Below, piece after piece: positions 55,919-64,000 of a stretch of 64,000 nt of DNA; position 1 is the stretch's first letter; each line of letters opens with the position of its first letter. The stretch is taken from the IMG/VR virus record IMGVR_UViG_3300021387_000161, positions 64,001 through 128,000 of that record. One strand, 5' to 3'. The notes beneath the pieces are model-generated. The model worked only from the letters and a program-made list of their open reading frames with translations. It made no database searches and was not told the DNA's origin. Source of the DNA: a virus. Lineage: Duplodnaviria; Caudoviricetes. The translations under genes and the position numbers were made by a program.

Positions 55919-58705
55919 TTATCTTATAAACGCCTCCGCAACTTTTAAATCATAATCCGTTATTTCATCTTCTGGATTAGCTCCTACTAATCCGTTATTA
56001 ATATTTTTAGCGTTAATTTTAATATTCTCATTTAATACTTGAGAACTAAAAGGCAAATTACTCATATTGAACTTATATTCTTGTAAATCTTCACATATTT
56101 TATCTATATCGTTAAATGAGTAGGATTTAGGAAGTCTATTAACAATTTCATCTGGTTTTACACCAAGTCTAACTGCCTGTGACTCTACATATCTCTTTAC
56201 AGAGTTTTTAGCTACTCTGCGATATTTTTCTATGATCTGATTCTGCTGTTCTAATTTTTTAGAGTAGTTTTCTCTTACTTGTTCTAAATCTTTTTGACCG
56301 TTTTCATATTTTTCTTCTAATTGTTTTATGTCATTTTCTTTAGAACTTAATTGATCTTTATATTCACTTATTTGTTCATTTAAAGATCGTATCTTTGAAT
56401 TTTTCCTGTCTACTGATTCATTTAATATAGAAATATCTTTGTGTAGATCTTTATTTTCTGAACTCTTAGACTGTATGGATTCATTCAAAGTTGAAATCTT
56501 ACCTTCGGCTTGTGCTTTATTATCTTTTAATAATTGTTCAGCTTTAGATAATTTTTCAGTTAAAACTTTTACTTCTTTAGTTTTCTTAGATAACTTAGTT
56601 ATCTTTTGTTTGTAAGTATCTAAATCTTCTTTTAATTCCATTTCTTTTGCATAGCTAACTGAAAGTTTTTCTTGAAGATTCTTTACTTTTTCCTCTAAAG
56701 TTTTATTAAGTTTTAATATATTTTGAAGTTGTTCTACCATAGCCATGTCATTGTCACCTGCTAATTCAACTTTTTCTTCATTACCGGCATTAATAATATC
56801 TAAATTATCAGTACCGAATTTATCAAATAACTCATCACGAGTATATTTTTCTTCTGTTAATGGTTCACCATATTTTTTCTCATAGTTATCATTATCAAAA
56901 TCTATTTGTTCATCTGATGGTTCATCCCAAGGAATATCTTTACTATGAGATTTTACATAATCCATAACTCTTTGAAGATTAGCTTCCTCCATATAAAAAT
57001 CTTCATCTTCATAATCAGGATTAGCATTTTCTTCATTATACATATTTACAGCACCACGTACCGCATCTTCTATAGAAGAACCATTTTTGATTTCTACTAA
57101 TGCTGTTTCAACAGCACTTTGTTCAGTACTATTTAAGTCTTCCCAATATGGAGCGAAGAAATCCATATCTTCTTCGTCTTCACTCTCATTTAAAGATTCT
57201 TGAAAGAAAATAGTACAACCAGGATCAGATGTATGATCATAAATATCATATTTCTTACCCTGTGCTTCTAAATCATCTGTGAAATCTCTTATCATTCCAC
57301 TTTGTTTTTCTCTATCATCAAACTGCTTAAAATTATGATTATATGCTACGTCTAATCTATGAAAATCAGTATCCCAAGATTCTCTTTCTGGTTCTTCATC
57401 TTCTAATGCTTCTTCTACTGTTTCCTCATCTTCTTCATTACTTTGAATAGTATTATTATCTTGTTGATTAGATTGAGTTTCAGTAGTAGCTATATCTTCT
57501 TCATCTTTAATATCTTCTTTATTCTTTAAAATTTCACTAGGTTTCTCCGTTGGTTTAGTTTCTTCTCTACCTACTTGCTCTTCATTCAGCTTTCCTTCTA
57601 TAATATTAACAATTGGACCATCTTCAGACCAATTATCAGATGTTGAAGGTGGATAAGCAAAAGCATGCCAGTTTTGATAATTAGTTCTAATATAACCATT
57701 ATCCTTATCAAAATTAGCCCTGTTGAATTCTGCTAATGAAGCTGGAAGACCATTATATTTAAGGGCTTGCTGTAGTTCTTCAATAGTATCAAAGTTCTCA
57801 TAACTCTTGTTGCTACTTAAAGAGAACTCCCAACCATCTTCAAATGGTTTATAAAGATAATAGTTTATTTCATAACCGCCTTCTTTAAGCAGGCTTTCTT
57901 TGAAGAACTGACCATTTGGATTAAATCTATCAATATATTCTTTAGCATTTTTTAATGAATTAAGTGTAGTTTGATTATCAAGATCCCCAACTATATATTT
58001 CTTAGTATCTGGATCATAATATATATCTTCATCATGATATGTCTCTACAAATCTCCAGTTGTCATCAATATCTAATTCATCGAGAGCTTCTTCCATTATT
58101 CTTCTATCTGTATCAGAAGCATTTTTAAGAGCTTCACTTAATATAGTTTTTAACTTATTATTCGATTTAGTGTTTAAGCTTTCATTAAACTGTAATCTGG
58201 CATCTTCACACGCCGGAATTAATACTAAATCAAAGGCATTTAATGTATAAGTATCAGGATCTACTGATTCCTCACCGGAAAAATCTTGAATTAAATCACC
58301 CTCACCTCTTGAAGAAATACCAAATTTAAATCCATATTTACCAAGCTGATAGGCTATTTGACCACATGGAGTATCAAGTATATCTACTGATGCTACTAAA
58401 TGTCCATTTGAATCCTTTTTAGGAGGTTCTGGCATCATAATAGCAATCTTAGTAGGATCAGTTTCTGATCTATTCTCTGGATGCTGCAACTCCCCAGGAA
58501 GTCCACCATTTTTAAACATTTCCTTAACTAAAGGAGAGTCAAATGCTTTTTCCCATAATTTATCTGAATATTTCCTACCATTTCTAGTTCCTTTAGTAAA
58601 ACTAGCAATAGGACCAGTCAATCTGGCTAGTATACCTCTAGCTTCTTTTTCTTCTGGGCTCAATTCTTGAAATTGTAAATCTTCGTGTTTTAATGATTCT
58701 AACAT
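55919..58705 (-). CDS. Prohead protease (T4 gp21-like) fused through a long insert to a coiled-coil scaffold
   Basis: RNGRKYS, GELQHP, ILDTPCG, FGISSRGEG, FDLVLIPA; C-terminal ~275-aa coiled coil. Confidence 0.88.
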   Translation of the reverse strand: MLESLKHEDLQFQELSPEEKEARGILARLTGPIASFTKGTRNGRKYSDKLWEKAFDSPLVKEMFKNGGLPGELQHPENRSETDPTKIAIMMPEPPKKDSNGHLVASVDILDTPCGQIAYQLGKYGFKFGISSRGEGDLIQDFSGEESVDPDTYTLNAFDLVLIPACEDARLQFNESLNTKSNNKLKTILSEALKNASDTDRRIMEEALDELDIDDNWRFVETYHDEDIYYDPDTKKYIVGDLDNQTTLNSLKNAKEYIDRFNPNGQFFKESLLKEGGYEINYYLYKPFEDGWEFSLSSNKSYENFDTIEELQQALKYNGLPASLAEFNRANFDKDNGYIRTNYQNWHAFAYPPSTSDNWSEDGPIVNIIEGKLNEEQVGREETKPTEKPSEILKNKEDIKDEEDIATTETQSNQQDNNTIQSNEEDEETVEEALEDEEPERESWDTDFHRLDVAYNHNFKQFDDREKQSGMIRDFTDDLEAQGKKYDIYDHTSDPGCTIFFQESLNESEDEEDMDFFAPYWEDLNSTEQSAVETALVEIKNGSSIEDAVRGAVNMYNEENANPDYEDEDFYMEEANLQRVMDYVKSHSKDIPWDEPSDEQIDFDNDNYEKKYGEPLTEEKYTRDELFDKFGTDNLDIINAGNEEKVELAGDNDMAMVEQLQNILKLNKTLEEKVKNLQEKLSVSYAKEMELKEDLDTYKQKITKLSKKTKEVKVLTEKLSKAEQLLKDNKAQAEGKISTLNESIQSKSSENKDLHKDISILNESVDRKNSKIRSLNEQISEYKDQLSSKENDIKQLEEKYENGQKDLEQVRENYSKKLEQQNQIIEKYRRVAKNSVKRYVESQAVRLGVKPDEIVNRLPKSYSFNDIDKICEDLQEYKFNMSNLPFSSQVLNENIKINAKNINNGLVGANPEDEITDYDLKVAEAFIR

Positions 58706-58712
58706 TTATATA

Positions 58713-59075
58713 TTACCTGTATATTAATTCTCTTACTTGGTCCCAATTATATTTTGAAGAATCCCATGCAACAACGTCCAGTATATATATTAAATAATCT
58801 TCAGAGTCATAATTTGAAAGTCTAGTGAAATGATAATCGAAATCATTAGAATCAGCATATTCTCTAAATTTCCAATAAGTCCACCCGTCGAAATCAACAG
58901 GCCTTGGAACTTCTAATTGAAATTGAGTTATAGTATCATTGGCAAGACCTGACTTTACCTTATTTACGAATTCATTAAAAACAGTATCTTTTAATTGATG
59001 AATATCATATTCTTCATTTATTATTCTATAATCAACTTCAGTAACTCTATATAAACTTTCTTCTATTCTACTCAC
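58713..59075 (-). CDS. Hypothetical protein
   Basis: 120 aa; N-terminal IEES and INEE. Confidence 0.5.
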   Translation of the reverse strand: MSRIEESLYRVTEVDYRIINEEYDIHQLKDTVFNEFVNKVKSGLANDTITQFQLEVPRPVDFDGWTYWKFREYADSNDFDYHFTRLSNYDSEDYLIYILDVVAWDSSKYNWDQVRELIYR

Positions 59076-59084
59076 TCTTTATCC

Positions 59085-59342
59085 TTAATCGTGATAATAT
59101 CTTCTTTCTTTATACATCTTTTTCAGTTGCTTTCTTCTTGCAACTTTAGCTGCTTTTCTTCTTTTATCACCTTTACTTACGTAATACATTCTATCTTGAC
59201 ATTCTTTTAAAATACCTTCATTTATAACTTTTTTTCTGAATAATTTTATAGCAGCCTCGACATTATCTGCACATGCATCTTTATATTCTGCATATGATTT
59301 ATAATCATTCTTATTAATTTTCTTTACATAAACTTGTGCCAA
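59085..59342 (-). CDS. rpsU: Phage-encoded ribosomal protein bS21
   Basis: NVEAAIKLFRKKVINEGILKECQDRMYYVSKGDKRRKAAKVARRK matches the bS21 pattern (E.ALRRFK......G...E.R.R..YEKP...RK.K...AR); TTG start. Confidence 0.85.
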   Translation of the reverse strand: MAQVYVKKINKNDYKSYAEYKDACADNVEAAIKLFRKKVINEGILKECQDRMYYVSKGDKRRKAAKVARRKQLKKMYKERRYYHD

Positions 59343-59388
59343 GTTTAATCACATCCTCTCTTAGTTGTTATTTTTAATATTTATATAT

Positions 59389-59398
59389 TAATTTAGCA
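59389..59398 (-). promoter_or_regulatory. TGCTAAATTA motif (candidate late promoter)
   Basis: Upstream of the bS21-protease-capsid run. Confidence 0.6.
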
Positions 59399-59437
59399 AT
59401 AAATTTAACTATTTTATTATAATTATTTTATTATTAA

Positions 59438-59902
59438 TTATTTACTTATTTCCTCTAATAGTTTTAGATCTATCTTAAATATATTAAGAAGTTTTTGACA
59501 AGGAATTATATCCCCTGTCTTATAATAATTTAATAAACATCTAGATATAGAATCAAATCTTGCTTGTTTTAAAAATGAAATATCATCTAACATTTTATAA
59601 TATAATAATATTTGTTGCTGTAATGCTCCTAAACAACAAATGAGTTCTTTTGGCTCTAACTCTGTTTCGTTAACTATATTTTTATATAATTTAGAATGAC
59701 CTGAGTTATAACTCTTTCTTAGTTTTTCATAAAAGCTTCTAAGATTTAATTCTTTGTTATCATTTATAAACTTAATAATTTCTATTGTAGGTTCTGAAGA
59801 AATTATTAATCTCTTTATGTGACCTTCTATTTCTTCTCTTTTATCTGGATATAATTCTTTTAAGTCTATCAATAATAATAAACAATCATTTTTAGTTATC
59901 AT
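59438..59902 (-). CDS. Hypothetical helical protein
   Basis: 154 aa after the portal; SD AAGGAG. Confidence 0.55.
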   Translation of the reverse strand: MITKNDCLLLLIDLKELYPDKREEIEGHIKRLIISSEPTIEIIKFINDNKELNLRSFYEKLRKSYNSGHSKLYKNIVNETELEPKELICCLGALQQQILLYYKMLDDISFLKQARFDSISRCLLNYYKTGDIIPCQKLLNIFKIDLKLLEEISK

Positions 59903-59938
59903 TAATTATTTCTCCTTGGTATAACCAAATGAATTAAA

Positions 59939-61825
59939 CTACATTTCAGTAAAATCTCCTGCACCTAAATCAGATGGGGTTGGAAGTTCATCTCCACCAG
60001 ATTCTTCTGAACCAAAATCATCTCCTAGATCTCCAAAATCATCACCACCGTCATCAAAATCAAAATCTCCATCAAGATCTGATCCACCAAAATCTCCACC
60101 AAGATCATCACCGAACATATCATCATCGAAAGAATCATCACCGCCTGTGTCTTGTTCTTCCGCATCTGATTCTAACCCGTCAATAGTATCTTGAATGAGC
60201 TGTATAACTTCTTGATTAGATATTACTTTTGATAGTAATGATTTTAACATTTTAAGCTTAATAATTGGATCCTCTATATCTCCAACCATTCTCATAATAT
60301 CATCAGTTATTTGTATTTCAGCTGATAAACTATCTCTCTTATCTAATTCTTCTTGAGTAACTGGTTCTTGCATCTGTAAAGTAAACTTATTTACATAAGA
60401 ATCAAGTCCTCTATCTATTAATAAAATATTAATGCAGTCTGTTAACATTTGTTTTATAGTAGATTGTATTCTTTTTACAGTTTTTGCATATCTAGATGAT
60501 ACTATTGATAATGAAGTACCACCATTAAATCCAGTTGCATCATCTGTATCGCCTAAATATTGTTTAGGAATTTTTAAACTACCATAAAATTTATTCTTAA
60601 AGTAATCAATATCTGCAATATCTCTTACATTAACATCACCACCAATTTGCTGTGTATTAATAGCACCAATACCATTTCTAGTAGGAACATAAATATTATT
60701 TTCCATAGCACCTGGATTAGTGTATTCAGACATCTTATCGTTGTCACTAATAGAAGTTTTCTGTTCTACTAATGATTTAATTCTTTGTAAATACGGCTGA
60801 ACTCTTTCTTTTGGCATGTCCGCTACTTCAACTTCTATCACTCTTAAAATAGATGACTTAGTTAATCTATTTAAAAGTAATGCGTTTTCTAAAAGCATCA
60901 TCTGTCGCCATATTTTATAGGAACTATATAGTAATGATTGACCTCTATTTACAGAAAATATATTAACATCATCTGTTTCTAAATCACCATCATTAAATAT
61001 TTGTACTTGTTCTGGTATTCTAGGAGTATCATCTAACAACGCAGCATGTACATAACTTACAGCATTATAAATTTCTATATCTTTCTTTCTTAATTTATAT
61101 AGATAATAAGAAGATATTAATGGATTATCCTGCTGCATCATTGTAGGAAGTTCATTTGTTTTTATATAGGCATAACTTTTTCCAAACTTAGTTAACTCAA
61201 ACATCTCTCCAGGATTTGGCACCATTTCAACAAAATTGACTAGTCTATCATCTGAAGAATATCCCTTTAATACAACATTTTCCTTCAGTTGTTCTGGTTC
61301 TGGTTGATCCCCCAACTTTGTAAATGCTTCATTTAATTTACTCTTCTGATCTTTTTCTAAAAGACTATCTTCAAAATCTGATTGTCTGAAGAGCTTTAAA
61401 TATAAATCTCCATATTTACATAAAGAATATACCCATCTATAAATATTCTTTTCTACATTCAAACTTTTTAATAAAAAAGTTATATAACTAGAAACATTAG
61501 CATCACTTGATTCTACCCAGACCGTTTGTCCTTGTTCATTTGTTTCTGTAGAATCTTCTGCATATATTTCTAGTATTGCAGCAACTGTAGAATCTTGTGC
61601 CATTGTATCAAGTACTTGATACAAGGACTCTCTACTATGTGACAGTTGAGAAAAACTATTTATTGATGTTATATCAATACTAGTAGAAGTTGCTGCTTCT
61701 ATAATATCATTAAAAAATTGATTATTAGTATCTAACCCTGTCGGTGTTTCTGGCACAGGCTGCGCATTTATTTTGTTACCTATTTTAGTATTATCTTTAT
61801 TAAAGATAGTATCATTATCTGGCAT
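59939..61825 (-). CDS. Portal protein (T4 gp20-like)
   Basis: KYGDLY, GQSLL...WRQMMLLENALLLNRL, DIDYFKNKFYGSLKIPKQYL; after terminase; acidic D/G/F tail. Confidence 0.92.
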   Translation of the reverse strand: MPDNDTIFNKDNTKIGNKINAQPVPETPTGLDTNNQFFNDIIEAATSTSIDITSINSFSQLSHSRESLYQVLDTMAQDSTVAAILEIYAEDSTETNEQGQTVWVESSDANVSSYITFLLKSLNVEKNIYRWVYSLCKYGDLYLKLFRQSDFEDSLLEKDQKSKLNEAFTKLGDQPEPEQLKENVVLKGYSSDDRLVNFVEMVPNPGEMFELTKFGKSYAYIKTNELPTMMQQDNPLISSYYLYKLRKKDIEIYNAVSYVHAALLDDTPRIPEQVQIFNDGDLETDDVNIFSVNRGQSLLYSSYKIWRQMMLLENALLLNRLTKSSILRVIEVEVADMPKERVQPYLQRIKSLVEQKTSISDNDKMSEYTNPGAMENNIYVPTRNGIGAINTQQIGGDVNVRDIADIDYFKNKFYGSLKIPKQYLGDTDDATGFNGGTSLSIVSSRYAKTVKRIQSTIKQMLTDCINILLIDRGLDSYVNKFTLQMQEPVTQEELDKRDSLSAEIQITDDIMRMVGDIEDPIIKLKMLKSLLSKVISNQEVIQLIQDTIDGLESDAEEQDTGGDDSFDDDMFGDDLGGDFGGSDLDGDFDFDDGGDDFGDLGDDFGSEESGGDELPTPSDLGAGDFTEM

Positions 61826-61836
61826 TTAATTACCTC

Positions 61837-63864
61837 TTAAATTACTAAACAATCACCAAACAAAGCATAATCAGTAGTAGAAGCCCCTAAACCAAAATCA
61901 GTATACATAGTATCTTTATTTAAACTTTGTCCAAATGCATTAGATACTCGTTTAAGTTCTTCCTCAAAATCTACTGTTATTTGCTGTTTATTATCTGCTA
62001 TTTCTGATGAACTAGATACATTTATGATTGTATCAATAGTTTCACCAAATTCAAAATTAAACTCTTCTCCATGTTGGGATGCATTCCATATAGCACCACA
62101 TAATGCGTCTGCTGAGTCTTTTGAATTTATCCCAGAAGGAGTATGATCTATTTTTCCATTAGAATTATTTCTTTCTAACCCTAGTAACTCTTCTGTTAAT
62201 AAAGTATTTTCAAACAATTCTAATCGTTCTTCATATATTGTTGATTTTAAATATTGATAAGGTAAGCATATATTATCTTTAACCCTATCTACAGATATTG
62301 TTTCAGCTTCATACCCTTTTCCAATTAATTGCTGTTTCATATCTGCACTTTGGTATGTATCAAATGATATGCCTTTTATATTAAATCCATTTTCTTTGAG
62401 CCAATAAATAAACTGTCTATTCTTTTCAAAACTTATTTGATAGCCTTTAGGTGCTTTTATAGATACAACAAAAGCCGTTCTATAATATAATTCTTTTGAA
62501 GGTGGTTGACCTTCTACGGGAGGTTTTTTACCTCTTATCCAAACACCTGCTAATCCTGTTTTGTCCCCTGATATAGACATATCTAAATGTATATATAATG
62601 GATATTGAAGTAATGTTTTATCAATACTTTCTAAATCAAAGAAATCATAATATTGATTTTTATCCTCTGGATTATTCCCTATTTCTAATATATCTGAAGA
62701 AAATGGATTTTTAAATTCTTTGTGTTTTATTGCTGCTATTCTTGGTCCAGATAAGTATCTACTGCTACTAGTAGTAGATATTCCAGCTATATCAGTTAAT
62801 GCAATATCTATATCATCAATAAAGTTTTCATAATATCCCATTGGTACATCAATAACTTTAAATCCTCTATCACGATATATTTGTACATCATTTTCAGTAG
62901 CAGTTAATGGTATAACCTCTGAAGATAAAAATTTATTCCCTATAGCAACTTTAAATTTGGAACTGCTGTTTTTATCCTCTCTAATTACCCATTGTGGTTC
63001 ATCTATTACTAATGTAGTTTTACTTTCATTCTGTTTCTTACTTTCAATGAAAGTCTCCATATAAGATTGTTCTGTTCTTTTAGATGAAGCTAATATTAAT
63101 AATGTAGGATTTTTATCACCCTTCATAAATCTGGACTGCATACGAGCAGAAGCAGTATTTACTAAAGCTTTCGCTTTTTCTTTCTGCTTTTCTACATCTT
63201 GATTTGGTTGAAATGAAATTTCATCGAAGAATGCACTAAATACAGCACGACCAATTATATGTCTACTTAATGAACCAGCTATTAACTCTATATTTTTACT
63301 AGGACTCCATTCAACATTAATATCTCCTCTAACAGTACCTTTTGATAAAAACCAATCAGAGGATTGTAATAGTTGTTGAAGTTTATCCCAAGCTACACCT
63401 TTACTTGCATCTAATGTAATATTCATTACTGCAAAAGTTATTTTATCTATTGGCTGTAATCCATAATATACATACGGATCTTTTAAGCATAACATTCTGT
63501 ATAGTTCATATAACATACATAATACTGCCATAAAAGATTTACCAATACCAATAGAACCAGTTAAAGCAAGAGTATTATAACTAGCTGGTTTTAAAGGATC
63601 TGGAAAAATTTGTTTTAACGTATTTACCCAAAATGGAAATACAGTAAATTTTCCTTCATCGTTTATTAACCCATTTCCAAGATATTTCTTATCTTTTAAA
63701 AAAGTTTCAATATCTACTGGTATTTCTTCATAATCTTCTAATATTAACTTATTATATTCTTCCGATTGACCAGTAGTAGATAATTGTGTTATTATCTTTA
63801 AAACTTCTTCTTTTTCTTCTCTGCTTAAACTATTTAATTCTTTAAGGTTATCTAAATTTGTCAT
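61837..63864 (-). CDS. Terminase large subunit
   Basis: Walker A GSIGIGKS, Walker B FFDE, RNase H-like HLDMS, SFDTYQS, KIDH...SKDSADA. Confidence 0.92.
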   Translation of the reverse strand: MTNLDNLKELNSLSREEKEEVLKIITQLSTTGQSEEYNKLILEDYEEIPVDIETFLKDKKYLGNGLINDEGKFTVFPFWVNTLKQIFPDPLKPASYNTLALTGSIGIGKSFMAVLCMLYELYRMLCLKDPYVYYGLQPIDKITFAVMNITLDASKGVAWDKLQQLLQSSDWFLSKGTVRGDINVEWSPSKNIELIAGSLSRHIIGRAVFSAFFDEISFQPNQDVEKQKEKAKALVNTASARMQSRFMKGDKNPTLLILASSKRTEQSYMETFIESKKQNESKTTLVIDEPQWVIREDKNSSSKFKVAIGNKFLSSEVIPLTATENDVQIYRDRGFKVIDVPMGYYENFIDDIDIALTDIAGISTTSSSRYLSGPRIAAIKHKEFKNPFSSDILEIGNNPEDKNQYYDFFDLESIDKTLLQYPLYIHLDMSISGDKTGLAGVWIRGKKPPVEGQPPSKELYYRTAFVVSIKAPKGYQISFEKNRQFIYWLKENGFNIKGISFDTYQSADMKQQLIGKGYEAETISVDRVKDNICLPYQYLKSTIYEERLELFENTLLTEELLGLERNNSNGKIDHTPSGINSKDSADALCGAIWNASQHGEEFNFEFGETIDTIINVSSSSEIADNKQQITVDFEEELKRVSNAFGQSLNKDTMYTDFGLGASTTDYALFGDCLVI

Positions 63865-63867
63865 ACC

Positions 63868-64000
63868 TTATAATTTCCACCCATCTTTTGTATATACATA
63901 GGATAGAGCCATATTCCATTTACCATTATAATAAATATACGGCATTGCTAATTTCCATGTATTGTCAACATATATATAAATTGTTGTGTAGTATTCATAA
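63868..64000 (-). CDS. 3' end of an upstream gene (partial)
   Basis: Manual: ...QFIYVDNTWKLAMPYIYYNGKWNMALSYVYTKDGWKL*, with three [YF]xYxxxxW repeats. Confidence 0.5.
   Translation of the reverse strand, partial: YEYYTTIYIYVDNTWKLAMPYIYYNGKWNMALSYVYTKDGWKL

Noticed and set aside
3474-60186. All plus-strand ORFs in the track (e.g. 4887-5246, 36385-36852, 47741-48277)
   Set aside because: Antisense shadows of long minus-strand genes; no recognisable motifs and biased composition
1-64000. Stop-codon reassignment, as seen in some large gut phages
   Set aside because: Standard code gives dense, full-length genes, and TAG/TGA end genes at sensible positions
1-64000. tRNA genes, CRISPR array, integrase/transposase, intron or intein
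   Set aside because: Intergenic gaps are short with no cloverleaf or repeat-spacer pattern seen; terminase, portal and capsid genes are uninterrupted

Overview
The whole window is an AT-rich segment of a large T4-like (contractile-tailed) bacteriophage, with all credible genes on the minus strand. Strong AGGAG/AGGTGA Shine-Dalgarno sites, sigmaA-type promoters and CHAP/NlpC cell-wall hydrolases point to a low-GC Gram-positive host (inference). In transcription order (right to left) it carries: terminase, portal, phage-encoded ribosomal protein bS21, a 928-aa prohead protease/scaffold fusion and the major capsid protein; then an accessory block under sigmaA-like promoters (host-like surface protein, microproteins, ThyX-like protein, RNA ligase/PNK/phosphoesterase RNA-repair trio); then a MoxR ATPase / metallopeptidase / low-complexity / vWA / LRR cluster with many acidic hypothetical proteins; then neck, sheath, tube, chaperone, tape measure, three paralogous hub-hydrolase proteins, spike, two fibres and baseplate wedges. 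Most notable: (1) three tandem hub paralogues, each with a different pair of N-terminal domains (candidate heterotrimeric multi-enzyme tail tip); (2) about ten genes, plus an insert inside the protease itself, that look like polyproteins of small modules delimited by T4 gp21-type [LIFV]-x-E sites (candidate capsid-packaged cargo system); (3) a peptidase-vWA partner of MoxR split into three genes; (4) a recurrent TGCTAAATTA promoter-like motif; (5) a short module shared by four unrelated tail proteins. All calls come from motif reading and synteny; no database search was run.
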